DNA of 64,000 bases from Oceanispirochaeta sp. (lineage in GTDB: Bacteria > Spirochaetota > Spirochaetia > DSM-2461). Location: positions 960,001-1,024,000 of the forward strand of contig CAXXXD010000004.1 of the NCBI GenBank assembly GCA_963663385.2, in the 5' to 3' direction. Positions 52,278-60,378 of this stretch are shown here, piece after piece. The notes beneath the pieces are model-generated. The model ran no database searches, had not been told where the DNA came from, and worked only from the letters and a program-made list of their open reading frames with translations. Numbering within the stretch: position 1 is the first letter of the stretch; the number at the start of each line of letters is the position of its first letter. The position numbers were made by a program, and so were the translations under genes.

Positions 52278-52671
52278 GTCAGTCTCCCTTGTATTGTTAT
52301 TTTCATCTTCATTAAAAGGACGGTTAATTGATCTGTATGATGATTGAACTGAAGGGTAGGTGTCAAGGTAAAAAAGGCAGGGGAGACTATCCTCAGAGCC
52401 GTTTTCGGGTATCGGGAAGGAGCCGGATATCTGTAGTACCTGTCTTTCAGTCAGATGTAGTACTTTTTCAAAATAAATCTGTTTAAAGTTATGGAATTCC
52501 GGGTAATTGCTATTGTACTATCCCTTGCGGAACCTGTTCTGCAATTGTCCGCCATGTACAGGAAGGGTAGGATTAATAGTGCCTCAGCTGCCATTGCGCC
52601 CCTTCTGCTTGTGTTTATTGCGAATCTGGTTCCTATCTGTTTTATCCGGCGGTTCGGGCTGCTGGCTGCTC

Positions 52672-53022
52672 TTAACTGGCGGCTGGCGGATTATATTGTC
52701 TGGCTATCAGATGATTTATTTCCTCCCGGGATAGTACATCCGGCAGTCGTTTTCTTTCCCTGATTCCGTTAAGTTTATATGGGCGCTCTTTTTTAAGGAC
52801 CAGTTTTTAGAACAGTTTTATGGCAGACCATGCCAGCCGTCGCTGTTCGCTGGTTTTCTGCTCTCTGTCGAGGAACTCTGCAATTCTTGCGTCCGGTTCC
52901 GGTTCCGTTTTTCTGTTGAAGCGAAGAAACTGATCCAGATACAGGCAATACTCCCGAATGGTATTGCGGGAATAACTCCTGTTTCTCATTTCCCTTCGGA
53001 AAATATCCAGATAATTCTGCAT
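52672..53022 (-). pseudogene. Tyrosine recombinase (integron-integrase/Xer-like) pseudogene: nonsense codon and loss of the catalytic domain
   Basis: SAM-like N-domain (MRNRSYSRNTIREYCLYLDQFLRF..AWSAIKLF); TAA at 52809-52807, then same-frame read-through KLVLKKERPYKLNGIRERKRLPDVLSREEINHLI, the typical LPxVLSxEE entry to the catalytic domain; no R..HxxR..Y found downstream. Confidence 0.85.
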
Positions 53023-53068
53023 AAATCACGTCCTTTTATCTGAAGAACAATGAATAATTATCCCCTGA

Positions 53069-53097
53069 TTGCATTTCCGTTAAAATAAATCTAAAAT
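53069..53097 (+). promoter_or_regulatory. Pc-like promoter facing the cassette array
   Basis: TTGCAT-17 nt-TAAAAT between the recombinase start and the first cassette. Confidence 0.6.
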
Positions 53098-53106
53098 AAA
53101 TCACGC

Positions 53107-53134
53107 AATGCGCATAATTGTAGTTATTTGTCAT
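53107..53134 (+). other. attI-like primary recombination site with dif-like architecture
   Basis: AATGCGCATAA-TTGTAG-TTATTTGTCAT; G/TT at 53123 begins cassette 1 and partly matches its 3' core (ACATAAC). Confidence 0.65.
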
Positions 53135-53148
53135 TCTTTGGAGACTTA

Positions 53149-53796
53149 ATGAAAGAAATAAATATACCAAAACTGTATAAACAATACTTTGTGGATAAAA
53201 ATGAGGAAAGAAAAGTTTTATTCGAGAAATTGAAGGATACGTACAAACCACAGAAAGGTATTTACCCAGGAAGTTTCGTGCATATCTCTCCTTCTTTTTA
53301 TATTCAAGAAATGCTTTATATCGATTCTGATAAGAGAATTACAAAATTTTTTGAAGATGAAAAAGTCTTAAAATATATAAACCTTAATAAAACTTATGAA
53401 GAAAAACCTAAAATTAAATCATTGCAAGCGGACTTTTCAATTAATTTACCAATTGATGAGAATTATTTCGATATTATGTTTTCCTTTTTTGCAGGTTTTA
53501 TATCACAATCCTGCAAAAAATATTTGAAAAATAATGGTATACTGGTGTGTAATAACAGTCATGGTGATGCGAGCATCGCTTATACTGACAAAGAATATGA
53601 ATTAGTTGCTGTAATAAAAAGAAATGGAAACAATTTCAGCATAAATGATAAAGATTTGGATGAGTATTTCATAAAAAAAGATGGAACCTCCATTGATACA
53701 GATAAAGTTCTAAGTAAGATGATAGGAGAAAATTTTACAAAAAAAGGGTATGCTTATGTGTTTAAATTTAACCGATACCCAAAAAACAACACATAA
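53149..53796 (+). CDS. Cassette 1: class I SAM-dependent methyltransferase-like protein
   Basis: GIYPGS, YIDSD, FDIMFS, KYLKNNGIL; GGAG RBS; stop TAA lies inside the core ACATAAC. Confidence 0.7.
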   Translation: MKEINIPKLYKQYFVDKNEERKVLFEKLKDTYKPQKGIYPGSFVHISPSFYIQEMLYIDSDKRITKFFEDEKVLKYINLNKTYEEKPKIKSLQADFSINLPIDENYFDIMFSFFAGFISQSCKKYLKNNGILVCNNSHGDASIAYTDKEYELVAVIKRNGNNFSINDKDLDEYFIKKDGTSIDTDKVLSKMIGENFTKKGYAYVFKFNRYPKNNT

Positions 53797-53870
53797 CAGC
53801 TAATATGCGGTTCCGCTTTGCTTCACTCAAATCGCCTGCGGCGACTTCGCATATTCGCGGAACGTTATAG
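53791..53870 (+). repeat. attC-like site 1 (intact)
   Basis: ACATAAC-a-gctAATATGCG...CGCATATTcgc-ggaac-GTTATAG. Confidence 0.88.
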
Positions 53871-53966
53871 GCAATAAGCGCCGGCAGAAATTGTTTCTTT
53901 TGTTGGAAGAACTCGCTATCCATGGCTCGTAATAACTTTAAAGTTATAAAGGAGTGTGATAATATA

Positions 53967-54620
53967 ATGAATATGACATTATCTATTATAGGATTCTTCG
54001 GTGGCCTTTTATGTGCTATAGCCGATATGTTATTGGATATCAAAGGTAAAGATAATCTAAAATGTGGTACTAAAAAAATCATGGACAGCAACTGGGTCAA
54101 AATGCCTTCGTGGCGTTTTATCACATCCATTATAATTGTAATGTTTGCAGTTCCGATGTATAGTATGGGAGTTCTCTCGTTAGCAAATCAAATTGCGCTA
54201 AATAATAAATCCCTCGGTGATTTACTTAAACTTTCAATTTTTATTGGAGCAATGGGAGGTTTTTTTATTCATACCCTTATTTGTATTGTTCCTATTATCT
54301 ACAAGGAAATTATGAAAGAAAATAATTTTGAGCTTGCAGATCGAGTAATTACCAATGTGTATAAAGCTGTTAAAATCCCATTTGTTGTACTGTATATTAT
54401 TTTAATATTGATACCTGCAATTATTGTAATTTTTTCAATTAATACAGGATTATTATATGTCCCTAAATGGTTCGTTCTTCTGAACCCGGTAACATTTCAA
54501 ATAATAGGATGGGTTCTTCGAGCAATAAAAAAGGATTGGTTTTATGAAGTTCCTTCTATTTTTATGGCTAGTCTTGGTTTAGCTATGTATGGAATTATTG
54601 GAATAGTTAATTTGATTTAG
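53967..54620 (+). CDS. Cassette 2: multi-TM membrane protein (DUF6796-like)
   Basis: GGLLCAIADMLLD..G, about 6 TMs; AAGGAG RBS at 53949. Confidence 0.7.
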   Translation: MNMTLSIIGFFGGLLCAIADMLLDIKGKDNLKCGTKKIMDSNWVKMPSWRFITSIIIVMFAVPMYSMGVLSLANQIALNNKSLGDLLKLSIFIGAMGGFFIHTLICIVPIIYKEIMKENNFELADRVITNVYKAVKIPFVVLYIILILIPAIIVIFSINTGLLYVPKWFVLLNPVTFQIIGWVLRAIKKDWFYEVPSIFMASLGLAMYGIIGIVNLI

Positions 54621-54685
54621 GCTTATTAACTGAATAATATACTGTGGCCGTTTGCCATCCATGGCTAACTGCTTTTAAATAATCT

Positions 54686-54777
54686 GGCACTTACTGCAAA
54701 TATATGTGGCGCCTTCGGCATAAGCTTCGCAACATTTTTGCTACGCAAAAAAGTCATATATTTGCAAAACACTAGAC
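54686..54777 (+). repeat. attC-like site 2 (left core deleted, right core GTT changed to ACT)
   Basis: Perfect 12-bp stem TGCAAATATATG/CATATATTTGCA, then aaac-ACTAGAC. Confidence 0.7.
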
Positions 54778-54969
54778 GCCATTTTTTTACTAGGGAATAC
54801 AAAATGAAAAATACCAAAATACTATTAATCATATTTACAGGCATTTCATTATACTTAGTAGCTTTTAAATTCCTTCTAATGTTTCAGGATCGTTCTGCTA
54901 CTGCAAAGTAAGCGGTAATTCTCTCCATCTTGCGTGATTTCGAAATGATTATATACTCCATGAAAAATC

Positions 54970-55266
54970 ATGGAGGAACCTAATATGACCAACTGGAATT
55001 GGCCTGAATTAATCGAAGAACAAAAACAGAGCGGGAAAACAATTTCTGAGTTCTGCGCAGATAAAGGAGTTCACTATACATCTTTCTACAAGAATCGAAA
55101 AAAATTAAAGAAAAGCAGTTTTATTGAAATCAAACAGAAAGCCCCGGTATTACAGCCACAAAACCCCACAATGATACTCAGATACAAGGATTTCTCATTG
55201 GATCTGGCATCAGGTTATAACAGGCAATCCCTGATAGATCTTCTGAAGATTCTGAGAGAGTTGTAA
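54970..55266 (+). CDS. tnpA: IS66 accessory protein TnpA
   Basis: W..LIEEQKQSGKTISEFC..GVHYTSFY HTH. Confidence 0.88.
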   Translation: MEEPNMTNWNWPELIEEQKQSGKTISEFCADKGVHYTSFYKNRKKLKKSSFIEIKQKAPVLQPQNPTMILRYKDFSLDLASGYNRQSLIDLLKILREL

Positions 55267-55610
55267 TGTTTGTTGACCTGAACGAATACCGGATCTTTCT
55301 GAGACCCGGCACGACAGACTTAAGAAAAGCGATCAACGGATTATCTCTGTTTATCCAGAATGAAATGAATCATGATTTATTCGCCAAATCGCTATTCCTC
55401 TTTTGTAACCGGCAGAGAAAACTTCTGAAAATTGTCTACTGGGATAATACCGGTTTTTGTCTCTGGCAGAAGAGACTGGAAGAGAACAGATATCCCTGGC
55501 CGGAAACAGATGAAGATGCTAAAGAGATCAGCATGGATGAATTGAAAATGCTCCTGACGGGAATAGACTTTTTCAAAGCGCATAAAAAATTATCATATTC
55601 CCGTATTTAG
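55266..55610 (+). CDS. tnpB: IS66 accessory protein TnpB
   Basis: TDLRKAINGL, LFLFCNRQR..LKIVYWD..GFCLWQKRLE. Confidence 0.95.
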   Translation: MFVDLNEYRIFLRPGTTDLRKAINGLSLFIQNEMNHDLFAKSLFLFCNRQRKLLKIVYWDNTGFCLWQKRLEENRYPWPETDEDAKEISMDELKMLLTGIDFFKAHKKLSYSRI

Positions 55611-55649
55611 AGATTTTATAATTATAGAAACTTTGATAGAATTCCCCGT

Positions 55650-57212
55650 ATGGAGAATGAAGAACAGCATTTAAGAGAACAACTTGATGCACAAAAAATA
55701 GAAATTGCTGAACTGAAAAGACTTAATGCCATTCTCCAGGAGCAAGTAGCAAAACTGAACCTCCTGCACTTTGGAACAAAATCAGAGAAGATAACTGCCG
55801 AAGATAAGAAACAAGCTTCTCTCTTCAATGAAGCGGAAGATAGTGCTTTTGCTCAGAATGATGAAGAGCAGGAGAAAAATGTTATTGAAACGGTTGAGGT
55901 CGGTTCCTACAAGAAAAATATTAAAAAATCCGGCCGGAAACCTCTGCCGGCAGATCTGCCGAGAGAGATCGTGGAATATGATATTCCGGATAAAGATAAG
56001 ATCTGTGCCTGCGGAACAGAAAAGACCTGTATCGGTGAAGATGTTTCCGAGAGAGCAAAAATTATTCCGTCAAAAGTCGTTGTTATTCAGGAACGTAGAA
56101 AAAAGTACTCCTGCAAGAATTGTGAAGGGACGACTCTTGATGAAGCTGCTGTACAGACCGCAGAAGGAGCAAAGCATCTGGTCGCGGGCAGTATTGCCGA
56201 TGAAAGCCTGCTCGCTTGGAGTATAAGCGAAAAGTTTGAGTTCGCTCTTCCTTTCTACAGGCAATCAAAACGGTTAAACCAGATAGGCATACCGATCCCC
56301 CGGGCGACATTGAGCAATCTTACGATAAAATCGGCAACGGCATGTAAGCCTCTATATGATTTGCTGAAAGAAAACATTAAATCCGGTTCCATTATTAATG
56401 CCGATGAGACGAGAGTTCAGGTTCTAAAGGAACCGAAACGAAAAGCTTCAGATAAATCATGGATGTGGGTCTTTCTCAGAGGAGATCCCGATAAAAAATG
56501 TGTCATATTTCAGTATGAGCAAGGCCGATCCCATGCAATTCCGTTGGATTTCTTGGAAAATTACTCTGGCTGGGTTCAAACTGATGATTTTGAGGCCTAC
56601 CATACTGCCCGAAAAAAAGTTGATGGAGATATAAAGCATGTCTTATGCTGGGCCCATGCCAGAAGAAAGTTCTTCCAATATTGGGAATCAACCAAGAAAA
56701 AAGATGCAGAAGCAAAGCAAATTCTCGACCTGATAAAGGATCTGTTTGAACTGGAATCATTACGGGATAATTATTCGCTAAAAGGGTTTCATAAACAGCG
56801 ACAAAATAGAGCAGAACCGATACTAGATAAGTTACAGAAAAAACTGACGAAGCTTTATCCTCAAGTACCTCCTTCTTTAGAGTTCGGTAAGGCGATGAAG
56901 TATACATTGAGCAACTGGGAGCAGTTGGTTCTATATCTGAAAAATCCTGTTTTGACTCCTTCGAACAATAGCGCTGAAAATGCAATCAGACCCTTCGTAA
57001 TCGGGAGAAAAAACTGGCTTTTTGCCGGAAGCCCGAAAGGTGCTGAATCATCGGCAATTCTGTACAGTCTCGTTGAATCTGCGAAGATGAACAATCTTCC
57101 AGTTTATGCTTACTTGTACTTTATCTTCCGGGAATTGCCCTGCTGTGAAAAACAGAGTGATTATGAAAAATTACTTCCCTATAATTTAACTGCTGAAGAT
57201 ATTGCAATCTGA
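55650..57212 (+). CDS. tnpC: IS66 DDE transposase TnpC
   Basis: FGTKSEK, zinc finger, NADET, QTDD, CWAHARRKF, SNNSAENAIRP. Confidence 0.97.
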   Translation: MENEEQHLREQLDAQKIEIAELKRLNAILQEQVAKLNLLHFGTKSEKITAEDKKQASLFNEAEDSAFAQNDEEQEKNVIETVEVGSYKKNIKKSGRKPLPADLPREIVEYDIPDKDKICACGTEKTCIGEDVSERAKIIPSKVVVIQERRKKYSCKNCEGTTLDEAAVQTAEGAKHLVAGSIADESLLAWSISEKFEFALPFYRQSKRLNQIGIPIPRATLSNLTIKSATACKPLYDLLKENIKSGSIINADETRVQVLKEPKRKASDKSWMWVFLRGDPDKKCVIFQYEQGRSHAIPLDFLENYSGWVQTDDFEAYHTARKKVDGDIKHVLCWAHARRKFFQYWESTKKKDAEAKQILDLIKDLFELESLRDNYSLKGFHKQRQNRAEPILDKLQKKLTKLYPQVPPSLEFGKAMKYTLSNWEQLVLYLKNPVLTPSNNSAENAIRPFVIGRKNWLFAGSPKGAESSAILYSLVESAKMNNLPVYAYLYFIFRELPCCEKQSDYEKLLPYNLTAEDIAI

Positions 57213-57516
57213 TCCATCAGTCCTAAAATGCTGTCAATGTGGGAAGAATTACCGCTTACACTGCAAATCCCCCAGCAGTTTCTGTTTCAGCCAACTTAGT
57301 TGCATCGGCCCTGATTTTCATTTTTTTCTTCCTGGCTTCTATTCTTTTTTCCTTTAGTATTTTTACTTGTATTCAAATTTTAAAATTTAATATATTTCTT
57401 TTTATTGGCTATTCAATTTTGCTTTTCTTATCTGACTTCACTCTTGTCGGTATTTCATTTATAGCATTAGTAATTATATTAATTAGAGGCCTTTTACACT
57501 CAAAGCGTAAAAAACA

Positions 57517-57605
57517 GCGTATAAAAAAATATACGTTACGCTTTGCTTCACCCAAATTGGCCGATGGCTCTGTGGTTTGCTTCGTATATTCTCGAAACGT
57601 TAGGT
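57517..57605 (+). repeat. attC-like site 3 (left core degenerate)
   Basis: GCGTATAAA (GCGTCTAAC expected from the cassette start ACTAGACGC), AATATACG...CGTATATTctc-gaaac-GTTAGGT. Confidence 0.8.
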
Positions 57606-57662
57606 GTAATGCTTGACAGAAAAAAAAATCAAAAATAATCTTAAATGAACGGAGGATAAATA

Positions 57663-58289
57663 ATGAAAATTAAGGTTCTAATAGTTATTTTTACAGTTAT
57701 TCTTTTGGCTGGGTGTGCAAGTGGTCCAAAATCACAGGCATACGTATATAAAGATCAATATTGGGATGAGCTTATTTCGCGAAATAAGGTAGTTCAATTA
57801 CTTGATACTCGGTTTGAAGTGGCTTCTCAAGTTGGAAATACACAAAAAGGAGCTCCTTTAGAAAACATTGAAAAAGATGAAATAACTCCTATTGTTGTTG
57901 AAATTCTTAAGAAACATGATTTTGAAGTAAATGTTGTTGGTGGAATCCAATTAGTAGACTCAAATTATACTAACTTTCCACAGGAAAGAATACCCGAAGA
58001 GTCAAGAGATAAATTCTTTGTCCAGGCGTCTTCAATTTACCTTGATAGAAGTTCAACAAATTCAAATTACCAATCTATTTTTAAACTTTACTATGTAACT
58101 CCCGAAGGCGATATTATAAAATTAGGTTTTGGATTGTCAGAACAAAGAGTAGAACATTATGATTCCCTTAATGCTGATGATTTAATTCAAATAAAACAGA
58201 ATGTAAGTACTTCAGATGGTTTCGAAACAATAGTTCTTTCTGTTGTTAAATCTTCTATAGAAACGTTTTTAACCAAAAAAGAGCTCTAA
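57663..58289 (+). CDS. Cassette 4: hypothetical lipoprotein
   Basis: Lipobox LLAGC; GGAGG RBS; TTGACA-17-TAATCT at 57613-57641. Confidence 0.8.
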   Translation: MKIKVLIVIFTVILLAGCASGPKSQAYVYKDQYWDELISRNKVVQLLDTRFEVASQVGNTQKGAPLENIEKDEITPIVVEILKKHDFEVNVVGGIQLVDSNYTNFPQERIPEESRDKFFVQASSIYLDRSSTNSNYQSIFKLYYVTPEGDIIKLGFGLSEQRVEHYDSLNADDLIQIKQNVSTSDGFETIVLSVVKSSIETFLTKKEL

Positions 58290-58304
58290 ACCCCAAAGCA
58301 TTAC

Positions 58305-58420
58305 ACCTACCAGCAAATATACGCTGCGGCTTCGCCTTGGCCTTCGGCAAATAAACCCTTTGAATATATTCAAGCCCTCAAGGGGCCGGGGTTACTTCGT
58401 ATATTCTCGGAATGTTTAGG
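58305..58420 (+). repeat. attC-like site 4
   Basis: ACCTACC-a-gcaAATATACG...CGTATATTctc-ggaat-GTTTAGG. Confidence 0.85.
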
Positions 58421-58487
58421 CAATAAGCACTTTAATTTTTAATAAAATAGAGAAAATGCCACCCCGGCGGCTCGTATTGGAGGTAAA

Positions 58488-58892
58488 ATGAAACATTTAG
58501 GTTCGTGTCTTTGCGGAAATATCAAATATGAAATAAGAGGGAATTTTGAGAACTTTTTTTTCTGTCACTGTAAATCTTGTCGTAAAGATACTGGGTCAGT
58601 TCATGCTTCAAATCTTTTTTCAACAACTGCAACATTAAAATGGTTGAAAGGAGAGGAAAAAGTAAAAATGTATAACCACAAAAATTCAGGCCACATAAAA
58701 AGCTTCTGTCCTAACTGTGGCTCTGCATTACCTAATATTCAAATGGATAGTAAACTACTTGTTGTTCCTGCAGGAAGTCTTGATACAGATATAGAAATGG
58801 TTCCTACTGGTCACATCTATTTAAAAGAGAAAGCGAATTGGGATCACAATCTTGAGATGATTCCACACTATGAGGATTTGCCAAAAGAATAA
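58488..58892 (+). CDS. Cassette 5: GFA/CENP-V family Zn protein
   Basis: GSCLCG, CHCKSCRK, FCPNCGS. Confidence 0.93.
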   Translation: MKHLGSCLCGNIKYEIRGNFENFFFCHCKSCRKDTGSVHASNLFSTTATLKWLKGEEKVKMYNHKNSGHIKSFCPNCGSALPNIQMDSKLLVVPAGSLDTDIEMVPTGHIYLKEKANWDHNLEMIPHYEDLPKE

Positions 58893-58975
58893 AATGTGTA
58901 GAAATCTGAATTTACCGGAAATCAGGCATCGTTCGCCGCCATCTGCACACATTTCAATATATCAGAGCTTAATGC

Positions 58976-59061
58976 CTATAACAGCGTTTTATATGCGGTG
59001 CCTGCGACGTGGGCTTCGTAACAGCCTATAGCAAACGTCATATAAACGCGGAACGTTATAG
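58976..59061 (+). repeat. attC-like site 5 (intact)
   Basis: CTATAAC-a-GCGTTTTATATG...CATATAAACGC-ggaac-GTTATAG. Confidence 0.9.
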
Positions 59062-59134
59062 GCAATAAGCGGTTAGATTTTCTATAAGCAATAAGAATCC
59101 GCCATATATGGCGGATAAAAAAAATAAAAAAGTA

Positions 59135-59165
59135 TTGCAGTTGTCCCAACGTCAAGTTCTATACT
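59135..59165 (+). promoter_or_regulatory. MerR-type promoter with 19-bp spacer
   Basis: TTGCAG-19 nt-TATACT with an imperfect dyad TTGTC..GTCAA in the spacer, directly upstream of a MerR gene. Confidence 0.6.
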
Positions 59166-59210
59166 CCAAAGTGATGATCATCAATAACTGTAAAAGAATG
59201 GATATTAACT

Positions 59211-60131
59211 ATGAATGATTCTGTATCAATAAACGAGATTTCTTCTCTGTTAGGAGTAACAAGCAGAACTATAAGGTTTTGGGAATCGGAAGGTCTTTTT
59301 GAATGTAAGAGACATCCATATTCAGGTCATAGGCTTGTTGAAAACACTATGGTAAATAAAGTTAAACTTTGTTCAGAACTGCGAAATATTGGAATTTCAA
59401 TAAAAGATATTAAACGGATTTTCGAATCGCAATCACTAGCTTCTGTAACAAAAGTTATTGAAGAAAACCTTGCATCAATAGATGCCGATTCTCAAATCTT
59501 TGAGAATCGAAAAGCAATGTTAATAATGCTTTTTAATATTCTCAAAACAGAAGAAAAGATCGCTGCAGGTTCTTTCATTGATTTTCATTCTTTTCTAATC
59601 AATTTACTTCAAGAAAATAACTTGAAGAAATCACAGGAGAAGAAAATGATAAATAGTGACCTGAAAAAAGTGTATGAAATAGTAGAGCTTCCAAAAATGA
59701 GAGTGGTTTATAATATTTCAGTTAGTAAAAGTCCTGAAGATGAAGCAATAGAACCGATACTGGAATGGATAAAAGAGAAAGGGCTTCTTGGTGTATCAAG
59801 ATTGTTTGGTGGAAATGTGAAACCATTTCCCAAGGATTCAAATAGTGAATATGGCTATGGGATGTGTGCGTCAATACCGGCAGATATTGATGTTCCAGAT
59901 CATTTGAAAGAGATGGAAATCCCGGGTGGTTTATATGCACTACTCCCTAGCGATGATGATATTGCTGATTCATGGAAAAAGTTTATGAAAAGTTTTAAGA
60001 AGGATAAGAAGTATTGCTCCGATAGATCTAGATTGTGTTTTGAAGAGCATATTTATTATGGAAGGCCTGGCGATAGTGGGTACTCCTTTAAAATAAATTT
60101 ATTAGAACCAATAAAAGATGTTAATCAGTAG
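59211..60131 (+). CDS. Cassette 6: MerR-family regulator with GyrI-like effector domain
   Basis: SINEISSLLGVTSRTIRFWESEGL HTH; IVELPKMRV..GYGMCASIP..EIPGGLYA..CFEEH. Confidence 0.9.
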   Translation: MNDSVSINEISSLLGVTSRTIRFWESEGLFECKRHPYSGHRLVENTMVNKVKLCSELRNIGISIKDIKRIFESQSLASVTKVIEENLASIDADSQIFENRKAMLIMLFNILKTEEKIAAGSFIDFHSFLINLLQENNLKKSQEKKMINSDLKKVYEIVELPKMRVVYNISVSKSPEDEAIEPILEWIKEKGLLGVSRLFGGNVKPFPKDSNSEYGYGMCASIPADIDVPDHLKEMEIPGGLYALLPSDDDIADSWKKFMKSFKKDKKYCSDRSRLCFEEHIYYGRPGDSGYSFKINLLEPIKDVNQ

Positions 60132-60203
60132 ATAATATCTTTAGCAGAGAGGCCGTTCGCCATCCTTGGCTCACTACTTGTTATTCAACGCAGCGCTTAC
60201 TAC

Positions 60204-60293
60204 CTATAACAGAGTTTACAAGGTTGGGCCTACGGCCTCTCCCAAATTGTCTTGCTGAGCAAGACAACTTTCTGTAAAATCAAAACGTTAAGT
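60204..60293 (+). repeat. attC-like site 6 (intact)
   Basis: CTATAAC-a-GAgTTTACA...TGTAAAaTC-aaaac-GTTAAGT. Confidence 0.85.
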
Positions 60294-60378
60294 GAAATCT
60301 CGTTTTTTGACTGGAGACAGGATTTTTGATAAAATGATATCAATGAGGTTTGCATGATAATTTTCAAAGGGAAATAAC

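Larger units (their letters stand above)
54908..57259 (+). mobile_element. Complete IS66-family insertion sequence (2352 bp)
   Basis: TIRs GTAAGCGGTAATTCT (15 bp perfect, 21/25 extended); 8-bp TSD ACTGCAAA at 54900-54907 and 57260-57267; three-ORF layout. Confidence 0.97.
54804..57616 (+). pseudogene. Cassette 3: membrane protein gene split by IS66
   Basis: MKNTKILL..DRSATA (54804-54907) rejoins in frame with NPPAVSVSANLV.. (from 57268) once the IS and one TSD copy are removed. Confidence 0.85.

Noticed and set aside
52278..52670. Cobalamin riboswitch upstream of cbiE
   Set aside because: No recognisable B12-box or conserved GGGAA/GCCACTG elements on the minus strand.
52491..52763. 90-aa and 75-aa plus-strand ORFs
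   Set aside because: Antisense to the recombinase remnant, no recognisable motif; probably spurious.
53107..53134. The chromosomal dif (replication terminus) itself
   Set aside because: The XerD-side arm, normally the best conserved, is only 7/11 and belongs to cassette 1. Its position between recombinase and array fits an attI role better. It cannot be fully excluded without whole-genome skew.
57239..57616. Independent 125-aa gene
   Set aside because: Starts inside the IS66 right end; it is the 3' half of the interrupted cassette-3 gene.
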